Source: Vicinamibacteria bacterium (GTDB taxonomy: Bacteria > Acidobacteriota > Vicinamibacteria > Marinacidobacterales > Marinacidobacteraceae). From it: DNA of 64,000 nucleotides. This document shows positions 10,009-20,339 of this stretch, piece after piece (within the stretch, counting starts at the first letter, position 1; every line of letters starts with the position of its first letter). The position numbers and the translations under genes are program-made. The notes under the pieces were generated by a model. That model ran no database searches, had not been told where the DNA came from, and worked only from the letters and a program-made list of their open reading frames with translations. The stretch spans positions 2,240,001 through 2,304,000 of the forward strand of contig OZ241322.1 in the NCBI GenBank assembly GCA_965199715.1, in the 5' to 3' direction.

Positions 10009-11577
10009 ATGCGACGACTCGTTCCCTTCCTGCTCGGCTTGGCGCTGACCGGCTGCGCCGAGTCGTACGACGTGATCCTCGTCGGAGGCGAAGTCGTTGA
10101 CGGCGGAGGAGAACCGGCGCGGTCGGCGGACGTCGGCATCCGCGGCGACCGAATCGCGGCGGTCGGCGATCTGATGTGGGCGCGCTCGCCGATGCGGGTG
10201 GACGTCTCCGGCCTGACGGTCGTTCCGGGGTTCGTGGACATCCACTCCCACGCGGTCCGCGGGGTCATGCGCCATCCGCTCGCCGAGAACTACCTCCGCC
10301 AGGGGGTCACGACCGCGGTGGGCGGCCCCGACGGCGGCTCTCCGCTGCCGATCGGCGCCTGGCTCGACGACTTCGAGGCCGAGGGCTCCGCGATCAACAT
10401 GGCGCTGCTCGTGGGGCACGGAACCGTGCGCCGCGAGGTCCTCGGCATGGAGGACCGGGCGCCGACGCCCGGCGAGCTGGAGACGATGCGGGGGCTCGTC
10501 GATACGGCGATGCGGGAAGGGGCCTGGGGCCTCTCCACCGGCCTCAAGTACACGCCCGCGGCCTTCGCCGAGACCGAGGAAGTGATCGAACTCGCGAAGG
10601 TGGCCGCCCGGTATCGCGGCGTCCACATCAGCCACATGCGCGAGGAGGGGCTCGCGCTCATGGACGCGGTGCGCGAGACGATCCGCATCGGCGAGGAGGG
10701 CGGCCTGCCCACCCAGCTCACCCACCACAAGGTCGTCGGGGCGCCGATGTGGGGCCGCAGCGTCGAGAGCCTGCGGCTCGTGGACGAGGCGGTCGCCCGG
10801 GGCGTGGACGTGACCATCGACCAGTACCCGTACACCGCTTCCTCCACCGGGCTCACGATCCTGTTCCCGGCGTGGAGCCTCGCCGGCGGCGGCGACGCGC
10901 TGCTGGAACGCCTCGCCGATCCCGACCAGCGCGAGGCGATTCGGCTCGCGGTGCGCGAGAACCTCGACGTGGATCGGGGCGGCGGCAGCCCCGACAATGT
11001 CGTGATCGCCCGCTGCGCGTGGGACCCGTCGCTCGAGGGGAAGAGCCTCGGCGACATCCTCCGCGAACGCGGCCTCGAGCCGACCACCGACGAGGGCGCG
11101 ACCCTCGCGCTGGAGCTTCAGGAGAAGGGCGGGTTCGGCGGCGTCTTCCACGCGATGCACGAGGACGACGTGCGGCGGATCATGGCCCACCCGCGGACGA
11201 TGATCGCGTCCGACGGCGGCGTGGTGGCCCCGGGAGAGGGCGTGCCCCACCCGCGCAACTACGGAACGTTCGCCCGGGTGCTGAGCCTCTACGTGCGCGA
11301 GGGCGGGCTGTTCAGCTTCGAGGAGGCGATCCACAAGATGAGCCGGATGCCCGCGGACCGGCTCGGGCTCTCCGACCGGGGCCGGATCGAGGACGGCGCG
11401 ATCGCCGATCTCGCGGTTCTGGACCCGGACGCCGTCGAGGAGCATGCGAAGTTCGGGGATCCGCACCACTACTCCACCGGAGTCGGCCACGTGATGGTCG
11501 CCGGCGAGTTCGTGCTGCGCGACGGCGAGGTCACCGGAGCTCGCCCCGGTCGGGCCCTGCGCAACCCGGGCTCGTGA
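10009..11577 (+). CDS. N-acyl-D-amino-acid deacylase (lipoprotein)
   Basis: Lipobox LTGC; PGFVDIHSH, SHMREE, IASDG and PHPRNYGTFAR motifs; GGAGG RBS. Confidence 0.88.
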   Translation: MRRLVPFLLGLALTGCAESYDVILVGGEVVDGGGEPARSADVGIRGDRIAAVGDLMWARSPMRVDVSGLTVVPGFVDIHSHAVRGVMRHPLAENYLRQGVTTAVGGPDGGSPLPIGAWLDDFEAEGSAINMALLVGHGTVRREVLGMEDRAPTPGELETMRGLVDTAMREGAWGLSTGLKYTPAAFAETEEVIELAKVAARYRGVHISHMREEGLALMDAVRETIRIGEEGGLPTQLTHHKVVGAPMWGRSVESLRLVDEAVARGVDVTIDQYPYTASSTGLTILFPAWSLAGGGDALLERLADPDQREAIRLAVRENLDVDRGGGSPDNVVIARCAWDPSLEGKSLGDILRERGLEPTTDEGATLALELQEKGGFGGVFHAMHEDDVRRIMAHPRTMIASDGGVVAPGEGVPHPRNYGTFARVLSLYVREGGLFSFEEAIHKMSRMPADRLGLSDRGRIEDGAIADLAVLDPDAVEEHAKFGDPHHYSTGVGHVMVAGEFVLRDGEVTGARPGRALRNPGS

Positions 11578-13067
11578 GCGCGTCCCGCTCGGTCGTCGCC
11601 GCCGTCGATCAGGGAACCACCAGCAGCCGTTGCCTGCTCTTCGACCGGAGCGGGCGGGTCGTCGGCGCCGCGCAGCGCGAGCACCGCCAGATTACGCCGG
11701 ACCGGGGCCTCGTCGAGCACGACGCGGCGGAGATTCGGGACCGGGTGTTCGAGACCGCCGCCGGGGCGCTCGCGTCCGCCGGCCTGACCGGCGCGGACGT
11801 GGCTGCGGTCGGGATCACGAACCAGCGCGAGACGACGGTCGTCTGGGACCCCGAGACCGGCGAGCCGCTCGCGCCCGCGATCGTGTGGCAGGACACCCGC
11901 ACCCGCGCCCTCGCCGACGGATTCGCGGAGAGGGTGGGAGCCGAGCGGCTGCGGGAGATCACCGGGCTGCCCGCGGCGACGTACTTCTCGGGCCCGAAGC
12001 TGCAGTGGCTGCTCCGCAACGTCCCGGATCTGCCGGAGCGGGCGCTCTTCGGAACGGTCGATTCGTGGATTTTGTGGAACCTGACCGGGGACCGCCGGCA
12101 CCTCACCGACGCGACCAACGCGAGCCGCACCCAGATGATGGACCTCGCCGACTGCCGCTGGAGTCCAGAACTGCTGGAGGCGCTCGGGGTTCCCGCGCGG
12201 ATGCTGCCGGAGATCGTGCCGTCGTCGGATCCCGAAGCGTTCGGCCGGACGAAGGCGGACGGCCCCTTCGGCGCGGAGATCCCGATCGCCGGCGTGATCG
12301 GCGACCAGCAGGCGGCGCTCCTCGGCCAGCAGTGCCGCCGGCCCGGCGAAGCCAAGTGCACCTACGGAACCGGCGCGTTCCTGCTGCTTCACACGGGATC
12401 CCGACCGGTTCCCTCTTCTTCGGGGATGCTCACGACGGTCGCCTACGCCGACCGAACCGGGGTCGAGTACGCGCTGGAGGGCGCGGTGGCGGTCGCCGGG
12501 TCGCTCGTCCAGTGGCTGCGCGACCAGCTCGGGTTCGCCGACACGGCGGCCGCGGTCGAGAAGCTGGCGCTCGACGTTCCCGACACCGGGGGCGTGTACG
12601 TCGTCCCCGCGTTCTCGGGCCTATTCGCCCCGTGGTGGCGCGCCGACGCCCGCGGCGTGATCTGCGGGCTGACCCGGTTCGCCGACCGCCGCCACCTTGC
12701 CCGCGCCGCCCTCGAGGCGACGGCGTTCCAGGTCGCCGACGTGCTCGAGGCGATGCGCAAGGACACGGGCGAGCCGATTTCCGAGCTGCGCGTCGATGGC
12801 GGGATGACGGTGTCCGACCTGCTGCTCGGATTCCAGGCGGACATCCTCGGCGTGCCGGTGGTGCGCCCCGTCCAGCGCGAGACGACCGCGCTCGGGGCCG
12901 CGATCGCGGCGGGCCTCGCCGTCGGATTCTGGGAGTCGGGAGCGGACCTCCGCGCCGCGCTCGCCGAGGACGCCCGCTTCGAGCCGGGCATGGAGGCGGA
13001 GGAGCGCGAGAACCGAATGGCCGACTGGCGGCGGGCGGTGGAGCGCAGCCTCGACTGGGCGCGGTGA
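11574..13067 (+). CDS. glpK: Glycerol kinase
   Basis: DQGTTSSR, GITNQRETT, IVWQDTR, GDQQAAL, KCTYGTG and VPAFSGLFAP motifs. Confidence 0.95.
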   Translation: MSASRSVVAAVDQGTTSSRCLLFDRSGRVVGAAQREHRQITPDRGLVEHDAAEIRDRVFETAAGALASAGLTGADVAAVGITNQRETTVVWDPETGEPLAPAIVWQDTRTRALADGFAERVGAERLREITGLPAATYFSGPKLQWLLRNVPDLPERALFGTVDSWILWNLTGDRRHLTDATNASRTQMMDLADCRWSPELLEALGVPARMLPEIVPSSDPEAFGRTKADGPFGAEIPIAGVIGDQQAALLGQQCRRPGEAKCTYGTGAFLLLHTGSRPVPSSSGMLTTVAYADRTGVEYALEGAVAVAGSLVQWLRDQLGFADTAAAVEKLALDVPDTGGVYVVPAFSGLFAPWWRADARGVICGLTRFADRRHLARAALEATAFQVADVLEAMRKDTGEPISELRVDGGMTVSDLLLGFQADILGVPVVRPVQRETTALGAAIAAGLAVGFWESGADLRAALAEDARFEPGMEAEERENRMADWRRAVERSLDWAR

Positions 13068-13441
13068 TCCGCCGCCTCCAGACCCTGAACTTCCGCTGCC
13101 TGCGGCACATGGACGTGAAGGCAGAACGGGAACTCGGAGTCTCGTGGGTGCGGGAAGTGATCCAGGCCAAGCGGCACAGGCACACGATCCAGAGGAAGGA
13201 ACTCGACGCCCTACGCGGGTCGCTCTACCGATTCGACGCGGTTCGCGGGACCATCGTGGCTACGTCGAGTTTCTCTAAGGGAGCGCAGGACGCGGCGTTC
13301 GCGCAGGGCGCGGCGCCGATCACGCTGATCGACGGCGAGAAGCTCGTTGATCTACTGGTTGAACACAACATCGGGGTCCGAAAGGAGTCCGTGGAGTTCC
13401 TGACCCTGGACGCGGAAGGGCTGGCTCCGGATGAAGACTAG
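13064..13441 (+). pseudogene. Truncated Mrr-like restriction endonuclease fused to an ATPase-like N-terminal stub
   Basis: DV...IQAKR...GTIVATSSFSKGA...ITLIDGEKLVDLL is the Mrr catalytic C-terminal half. The first ~17 aa (IRRLQTLNFRCLRHMDV) resemble an ABC/SMC-type ATPase first strand. Confidence 0.65.
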
Positions 13442-13475
13442 GGCCGCCCGAGCGCCCGCCGAGGACTGATTCGCC

Positions 13476-16261
13476 GTGCGTCTGTCGTGGAAGGAAGTGC
13501 ACGACGCTGCCGTCTGTTTTAGGGAGGAGTGGAAGGACGCAGCCTACGAGAAGGGCGAGGCCCAGAGCTTCTGGAACGACTTCTTCGAGGTCTTCGGCGT
13601 TCGGCGGCGGAGCGTCGCCCGGTACGAGCATCATGTCTCGAAGCTGGACAACACTGCCGGGTTCATCGACCTCTTCTGGCCCGGCGTGCTGCTCGTTGAA
13701 CAGAAGAGCGCGGGGCGCGACCTGAACGCGGCTCTCGACCAGGCCGGGGACTACTTCGACGCCCTGGAGGAGCACGACAAGCCGCGTTTTCTGCTCGTCA
13801 GCGACTTCCAGCGCTTCGAGCTTCACGACCTCGACGAGGACAGTGTGGTGGCCTTCGCGCTCGCCGAACTGCCCGAACACGTCCAGTCGTTCGGGTTCAT
13901 CCTTGGTGTCCAGCGCCGCACCTTTCGGGATCAGGACCCGGCCAACATCGAAGCTGCGGAGCTGGTCGGCGGGCTGCACGACGCGCTGGAGGCCGCGGGA
14001 TACGGCGGGCACGATCTCGAGAGGTTCCTCGTCCGAATCGCCTTCTGCTTGTTCGCCGACGACACTGGCGTGTTCGAGCCGCGCGACATCCTGCTCGACC
14101 TGATCGAGGAACGGACGAGCGAGGACGGGGCGGATCTCGGCCTTTGGCTCGCCCAATTGTTCGAGGTGCTCGATACGCCTGAAGACGAGCGTGCGGCGAC
14201 GCTCGACGAGGATTTGGCGCAGTTCCCGTACATCAACGGCGACCTCTTCCGGGAGCGCTTGGGATTCTTTTCGTTCAACGCCGAGATGCGTCAGAAATTA
14301 CTCGCGGCCTGTCGCTTCGATTGGTCGAACATTTCGCCTGCGATTTTCGGGGCGCTCTTTCAGTCGGTCATGGACCCCGAGGAGCGCCGGAAGAAGGGGG
14401 CGCACTACACGACCGAGAAGAACATCCTCAAGGTCATCGAGCCGCTCTTCATGGACGATCTGCGGGCCGAGTTCGAGCGGTTGCGGAAGCGGCGAGGCGG
14501 TGGGCGCCGCGCCGCCCTCCGTGAGTTTCAGGCCAAGCTCGGGCGCTTGAAGTTTCTCGATCCGGCGTGCGGATGCGGAAACTTCCTCATCATCGCCTAT
14601 CGGGAACTCCGGCTGCTGGAGATCGACGTTCTTCGCGAGATAAAGAGCGCTGGCCCTGCGCTCGATGCGAAGTGGCAGTCGGCCTTGGACGTGCATCAGT
14701 TCCACGGCATCGAGATCGGCGAGTTTCCGGCGCGCATCGCCGAGACGGCGTTGTGGATGATGGACCACATCATGAACAACCGGCTGAGCCTCGAGTTCGG
14801 CCAGAGCTTTCTGCGAATTCCGCTTGAGAGTTCACCGCGTATTCGCCACGCGGACGCCCTCGAAATCGACTGGGCCGAGGTGCTGCCGCCAGAGGAGTGC
14901 TCCTTCGTGCTCGGCAATCCGCCGTTCGGCGGCTCCAAGGTCCAGTCATCGGACCAGCGGAGACAGGTGCGCCGGATCGCGGCCTTGGGCGGGAGCGGCG
15001 GCACGCTCGACTATGTCGCCGCTTGGTTCATCCTCGCGGGTGAGTACGTCAAGTGCGGCGAGGCACGAATCGGCTTCGTTGCGACGAACTCGGTCACGCA
15101 GGGGGAGCAGGTGGCCCAGTTGTGGCCGATTCTGTTTGGGCGCGGCGGCCTCGAAATCGCGTTCGCGCACCGAACGTTCGCGTGGATGTCCGAGGCGCGC
15201 GGAGCGGCGCACGTGTACGTTGCCATCCTCGGGCTTGATCGGCGGAACTCGTCGCGGAGCAGAAAGCGCCTCTTCAGCTACGCGGATGTCAACGGCGATC
15301 CGGTGGAGAGTGCGCACTCTTCGCTCTCGCCCTACCTGTTCGATGCTGGCGGGCTGTCCGATCCGCGCTTGGTGGTGCGGGAAGAAGGCGCTCCGATCAA
15401 TGGAATGCGCCGACTGCTTTCGGGAACCCAACCGATCGACGGAGGTCAGTTCATCTTCGACACTGCTGGCCGAACGGGATTCTTGAACGTGGAACCCGGT
15501 GCTTCTCGTTATCTCCGCCCGTACGTCGGGACGCAGGAGTACCTGCATGGTGGCGAGCGTTGGATTCTCGCCCTGCAGGACGCATCGCCAACGGATTTGG
15601 GGCGACTCCCCCTAGTGCGAGCCCGTATGGCTGCCGTCCGCGAATTTCGGTCGAAGAGCAAACGAAAGAGCACGCTCGCCATTGCACACACACCGACTCG
15701 GTACAACGTCGAGGTTCTGCCGGATGCGCCGTTCCTATTGATTCCGGAGGTCAGTACGGCGCGGCGGGAGTACGTGCCCATCGGGTGGCTAGACCCGCCG
15801 ACGATCCCAAGCAGCCTAGTGAAGCTCTTGGTGAATGCCAGCCTATGTGATTTCGCGCTCCTCACCTCCGCGATGCACATGGCGTGGTTGCGTCAAATCG
15901 GCGGCCGACTCGGCAACGCCTACAGGTACTCCATCGGATTGGTGTACAACACTTTCCCGCCCCCCCCCCAATTTCGCTTGAGCAACTCTCCACCCTCGAC
16001 CCGCTCGCCCAAGCCGTGCTCGACGCCCGCGACAACCATCCGAACGAGACCCTCGCCAATCTCTACGACCCGGATCTCATGCCCGGCGACCTGCGGAAGG
16101 CCCACCGGACGCTGGACCGGGCCGTGGACCGGCTCTACCGCCCCCGCAAGTTCTCGTCCGAGCGGGAACGCGTGGAGCACCTGTTCGGGCTCTACGAGAA
16201 GATGGTCGCCCCGCTTCGGCTGAACGCCGCGAAGAAGAAACGCCGCAGGCGAAGGAAGTGA
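13476..16261 (+). CDS. MmeI-family Type IIL restriction-modification enzyme, frameshifted at 15960-15969
   Basis: IDLFWPGVLLVEQKS nuclease motif, GAHYT, DPACGCGNFL and GNPPF. The conserved C-terminus (LANLYDPDLMP..LRKAH..LDRAVDRLY) continues in another frame to 16261. Confidence 0.9.
15960..15969 (+). repeat. C10 homopolymer at the frameshift of the MmeI-like gene
   Basis: ttcccg-cccccccccc-aattt; C8 or C11 would restore the full-length frame. Confidence 0.85.
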
Positions 16262-16271
16262 TCGAGACGGA

Positions 16272-17339
16272 TCAGACCAGCCGGGTTTCCGCCACCGGCC
16301 AGTGGACGCGCACTTGGTCGCCATCCCGCGCCATTCGAGCCGCCATCGAGTTGCCCCGCGCCAGCAGGCGCTGGCCGCCGCCGAGTTCGAGCACGAGGTC
16401 CAGCCGGTCGCCCAGATATACCACCTGCTTCACGACCGCGCCCATAGAGTTGAATCCGGGGGTCGGCGGGGGATGCCCGACCTCGACGGCCTCGGGGCGG
16501 ACGCCGGCCATGAGGCGCTCGCCCGCCGCCGCCTCGTCCGGCGCGATCCGCAGCGTCTCGCCGCCGGGGAGCCGGAAGCTGCCGGGTCGGTCGGGGTCGG
16601 GTTCGACCGGCAGCAGGTTCATCCTGCCGACGAAGTTGGCGACGAACTCGGTGGCCGGGCGGGCGTAGAGGTCCCTTGGGGTGGCGCACTGGTGGATGCG
16701 CCCCTCGTGGAGCACCGCGACCCGGTCGGCGACGGCCAGCGCCTCTTCCTGATCGTGGGTCACCCACACGGTCGTGGCCTCGTACTCGCGCTGGAGTCCG
16801 CCGACGAGCGCCCGCAGGTCCCGTCGCAGCGTCGCGTCGGCGCTGGAAAACGGCTCGTCCAGCAGGAGCACGGACGGGCGGATCGCAAGGGCCCGCGCCA
16901 GCGCGACCCGCTGCGCTTCGCCCCCGGAGAGCGTGCGCGGGTACTTGTCGCCGTGGGCGTCCAGTCCGACCTTGAGGAGGAGTTCGTCCGCGATCTCCTG
17001 TGCCTCGGCGCGGGGGACTCCGCGGCGCTCGGGGCCGAAGCTGACGTTCCGCCGCACGGTCAGGTGCGGAAACAGCGCGTGGCTCTGGAAGACCATGCCC
17101 ACGTGGCGCTCCTCGGGGGGCGCGCCGGACATCTCGTCGCCGCCGATCCAGATCTCGCCGCCGTCCGGTTCGAGGTAGCCGGCGACGCAGCGCAGGATCG
17201 TGGACTTGCCGGATCCGCTCGGGCCGAGCAGCGCGACCCGCTCGCCCGGCTCGACCGTCAGATCGACGCCGGCGACGGCTTCGACTTCGCCATAGGACTT
17301 GCGCAGCCCGTCGAGGACGAGGCCCTGGCTGCGTTTCAT
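16272..17339 (-). CDS. ABC transporter ATP-binding subunit (PotA/FbpC-like, TOBE domain)
   Basis: GPSGSGKST, LSGGEAQRVALARAL, LLLDEP and VTHDQEEAL motifs. Confidence 0.92.
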   Translation of the reverse strand: MKRSQGLVLDGLRKSYGEVEAVAGVDLTVEPGERVALLGPSGSGKSTILRCVAGYLEPDGGEIWIGGDEMSGAPPEERHVGMVFQSHALFPHLTVRRNVSFGPERRGVPRAEAQEIADELLLKVGLDAHGDKYPRTLSGGEAQRVALARALAIRPSVLLLDEPFSSADATLRRDLRALVGGLQREYEATTVWVTHDQEEALAVADRVAVLHEGRIHQCATPRDLYARPATEFVANFVGRMNLLPVEPDPDRPGSFRLPGGETLRIAPDEAAAGERLMAGVRPEAVEVGHPPPTPGFNSMGAVVKQVVYLGDRLDLVLELGGGQRLLARGNSMAARMARDGDQVRVHWPVAETRLV

Positions 17340-18628
17340 CGGCCGAAGAGCCTTCCGGCGGGGGCCGAAAGCGCCACGGACGCGGGGTCGGGGAGCGTCA
17401 GGTCCGCGGTGAAGCGCTGGAAGCGCTCGCGGATCGCGACCTCGTCGGGCCAGGGGGAGTCCGCCTCCGCGGTCCGGCCGGCGATCGTGACGCGGGCGCG
17501 GCGCACCCGCACTCCCGGCGGGCCGAAGTTCCGCGATACCACCCGCACTCGGCCGGCCGCTTCGCGAACCGCCTCGAACTCGGCGAAGTCCGCGGCTTCG
17601 AGCGGCTGGCGCTTCAGGAAGAGCGCGACGGCGGAAGGGATGTGCATCTGCGCGGCGATCGGGGCGCGAACCGGCTCGGCCCACCCCGAGACGGTCGTCG
17701 AGAACGGATAGGTCTCGACAATTATGGAGCCGCCGTCGTCCGCGCCGAGGGCTTCGAGCGCCTCGAGCGCGGGCTGGATGGCGCGCGAGCCGGGGTGCTT
17801 CTTGGGTTGGACCCTCGGGACGGCGGCCTCGAACCGTTCCCCCGGCGAGCGCGGCGCGGCGGGCGGCTCGGGGAAGGCGGGGTCGAGGACGGCGGCCGCG
17901 CCGAGCGCCTGTCCCCACGCGCCGTAGAGCAGCTTCACCGGGTTCCCTTCGGCGAAGGCGCGGTACGGATGCGCCGGGAGCGCCGCGTCCGCCCGCCGCA
18001 GCGCGGCCGCCATCGCGTCGGGCGCAAGACGCGCCAGCCGTCCGACCGCGGCCGCCGCCGGCAGCGGCGCGGTCGCGCCCGGCGCATGGACTCCGGCCGG
18101 CTCCATGAGCGGGCCGTAGCGGTCGCGGACGAACGCCCCGACCCCGCATCCGACGGTCAGCGCGTCCAGAAGCTCGGCGAGCGGGCGGTCCAGCGCCTCG
18201 GCCGCCGCGACCGCCGCGGCGACGCACTCCGGCCCGGCGTGCAGCTCCAGCGCGTCGCCGACCATCCGGTTCCACAGGATCGCCCCCGTCAGCGGCGCCG
18301 TCGAGGCGCCCCCGACGGGGCGCCACAGCCGCGCCGGCGGCCCCGAACCCCAGTCGGGCAGGGCGCGGGGAACGCCGAGCGTCGCGACCGGGGGCGCCGC
18401 CCCGATCGCGAGCACGTCGGTCAACCAGACGAGCGCCGCCCGGCGGTCCTCGTCGCCGAAGCGCGCCGTCGCCGCCCACTCGGCGGCCGCATCCAGCCCG
18501 GCGAGCCGGGGCAGGGGCGGCCGGGCGAAGGGATCGGGAACGCTCGACGGTCCGGCGGGCGAGTGGAACCCGAAGTCGGGAGGCTCGCAGGCGAACCAGC
18601 GGCCGGGGAGCGGGTCGAGTCCGGTCAC
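17336..18628 (-). CDS. MmgE/PrpD-family protein (divergent)
   Basis: DALELH..., GVHAPGA, VKLLYG and KKHPGSRAIQPA segments resemble MmgE/PrpD; GTGA and ATGA overlaps with neighbours. Confidence 0.55.
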   Translation of the reverse strand: MTGLDPLPGRWFACEPPDFGFHSPAGPSSVPDPFARPPLPRLAGLDAAAEWAATARFGDEDRRAALVWLTDVLAIGAAPPVATLGVPRALPDWGSGPPARLWRPVGGASTAPLTGAILWNRMVGDALELHAGPECVAAAVAAAEALDRPLAELLDALTVGCGVGAFVRDRYGPLMEPAGVHAPGATAPLPAAAAVGRLARLAPDAMAAALRRADAALPAHPYRAFAEGNPVKLLYGAWGQALGAAAVLDPAFPEPPAAPRSPGERFEAAVPRVQPKKHPGSRAIQPALEALEALGADDGGSIIVETYPFSTTVSGWAEPVRAPIAAQMHIPSAVALFLKRQPLEAADFAEFEAVREAAGRVRVVSRNFGPPGVRVRRARVTIAGRTAEADSPWPDEVAIRERFQRFTADLTLPDPASVALSAPAGRLFGR

Positions 18629-19539
18629 TCGCCGAGGATCTCGCGGCGGAAACGCGCCGTCCACCCGGCCCGAAGCTCGCCGAGCGCCGCCATGTCGAGC
18701 CGCAGGAGCTCCGAGGGCGAGGGCAGCCCGTCGGGGAGCGGCACGCCGTCGCGGGAGGGGACGAGCATCAGTTCCCGAGCGGCGACGGCCTGGGCCTCCG
18801 CCGAGAACATGTAGTCGGCGAAGGCGCGGGCGAGTTCGAGGTTCCGCGCGTCGGCGACGACCTGGACGCCCTGCGGCAGCGCCACCGCGCCCTCCTCGGG
18901 CGCGATCCAGCCGACGGGCGCCCCGCCGGCGGCCAGATGGCGGGCCTGCGACGGCAGCCCAAGGGTGAGCCACGCCTCGCCCTGCGCCACCAACTGGTTG
19001 TTCGCGGGTCCGCTGGTCCCGAACTGGAGGACGTTGCCCCGCATCGCCCGGAGCCGCTCGAATCCCGCGTCGCCATCCGTCTCGTCTCCGGTCGCGGCGC
19101 GGGCGAGAACTCCGACGGTCAGCGGGCCGAGCGTGCTCCCGAATCCGAACAGCGCGAGCCTGTCCGTGAGTGCAAGCGCGGCCCACGAACGCGGCGGATC
19201 GGGCAGCGCGTCGGTGTTGTAGAGGAAACCGACCGCCGAGGAGAACGTCGGCGGGAGCGGCCCCTCGACGAGGCCCTCGCTCCCGAGCAGCGCCGCCTCG
19301 CCGGCGTCGATCCACAACACGTCGAGCGACGGGACGCCGCGTTCGATGCGCACCCGGGCCACCTGGTCGCCCGAGCGCAGGCCGGTCGGGACGATCCGCG
19401 CCCCGGTGCGTTCCTCGAACGGCGGCGCGAACCAGGTCTGAAGGTCGGCGATCCGCCCCGGAGGCGCGGCGACCACGAGTTCCGGGCGGCCGTCGGCGCA
19501 CCCGGCGAGCAGGAAAGCGAGGAGCGCGAGACGTTTCAT
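18625..19539 (-). CDS. ABC transporter substrate-binding lipoprotein (polyamine/thiamine/iron class)
   Basis: Lipobox LAGC; FLYNTDALPDPPRSW, PEEGA and FADYMFSAEAQ segments. Confidence 0.8.
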   Translation of the reverse strand: MKRLALLAFLLAGCADGRPELVVAAPPGRIADLQTWFAPPFEERTGARIVPTGLRSGDQVARVRIERGVPSLDVLWIDAGEAALLGSEGLVEGPLPPTFSSAVGFLYNTDALPDPPRSWAALALTDRLALFGFGSTLGPLTVGVLARAATGDETDGDAGFERLRAMRGNVLQFGTSGPANNQLVAQGEAWLTLGLPSQARHLAAGGAPVGWIAPEEGAVALPQGVQVVADARNLELARAFADYMFSAEAQAVAARELMLVPSRDGVPLPDGLPSPSELLRLDMAALGELRAGWTARFRREILGE

Positions 19540-20339
19540 GCGGGCCGTCCGGGGTTGCGGAGCACGCCCGCCAGCCGGTCGGCGGCGAGCGCGGTCAGCG
19601 CGGTGACGAGGATCGCCACGGTGGCGATGGCGGCGACCGTCGGGTCCTGGTAGCGGTCCACGTACTCGAAGATGGCGACCGGCAGGGTGATCGTCCGCCC
19701 GCTCACGAGCAGCAGCGACAGGTTGAAGTTGCCGAACGAGATCACGAACGCGAACACCGCTCCGGCGACGATCCCCGATCGGGCGTTCGGCAGCGTGACC
19801 AGCAGCAGCGTCTCGAGCGGCCCCGCCCCGAGGCCCCGGGCCGCCGACTCGAGCTCCGGGTCGGCCGACTCGAGCGACGCGGCGACGCTGCGGACGACCC
19901 ACGGCAGGGTGATGAGCAGGTGCGCGAACAGCAGCGGGACGAGCGTGCCGGCGAGCTGGACCCCGGTCTCGCGGGCGAACAGGCTCACCGTGGTCAGAAG
20001 GCCCGCCCCGAGCGCGAGTCCCGGCAGGCTCAGTGGCGAGAGCAGGATCCCGAGGAGCGCCGCGCTTCCCGGAAGCCGCGCCCGGGTGAGCGCGAGCGCC
20101 GCCGGAATCCCGAGAAGCAGCGCGCACGCGGTCGCGAGCAGGCCGAGCGCGAAGCTGGTCGCGATCCCCGAGAGCAGGCGCGGATGGTCGAGGAGACCCG
20201 CGTACCAGGCGAGGCTGAGGCCCCGGGGCGGGATCTCCAGCACCGCGAGCGGGCTGAGCGAATAGAGCAGCACCGCGAGCGGCGACAGCAGCAGCACCGC
20301 GTATCCGACCCCGGCGATCAGCCGCAGCGCGAGGTTCAT
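19536..20339 (-). CDS. ABC transporter permease (PotC-like)
   Basis: Hydrophobic helices; EAA loop ESAARGLGA. Confidence 0.88.
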   Translation of the reverse strand: MNLALRLIAGVGYAVLLLSPLAVLLYSLSPLAVLEIPPRGLSLAWYAGLLDHPRLLSGIATSFALGLLATACALLLGIPAALALTRARLPGSAALLGILLSPLSLPGLALGAGLLTTVSLFARETGVQLAGTLVPLLFAHLLITLPWVVRSVAASLESADPELESAARGLGAGPLETLLLVTLPNARSGIVAGAVFAFVISFGNFNLSLLLVSGRTITLPVAIFEYVDRYQDPTVAAIATVAILVTALTALAADRLAGVLRNPGRPA

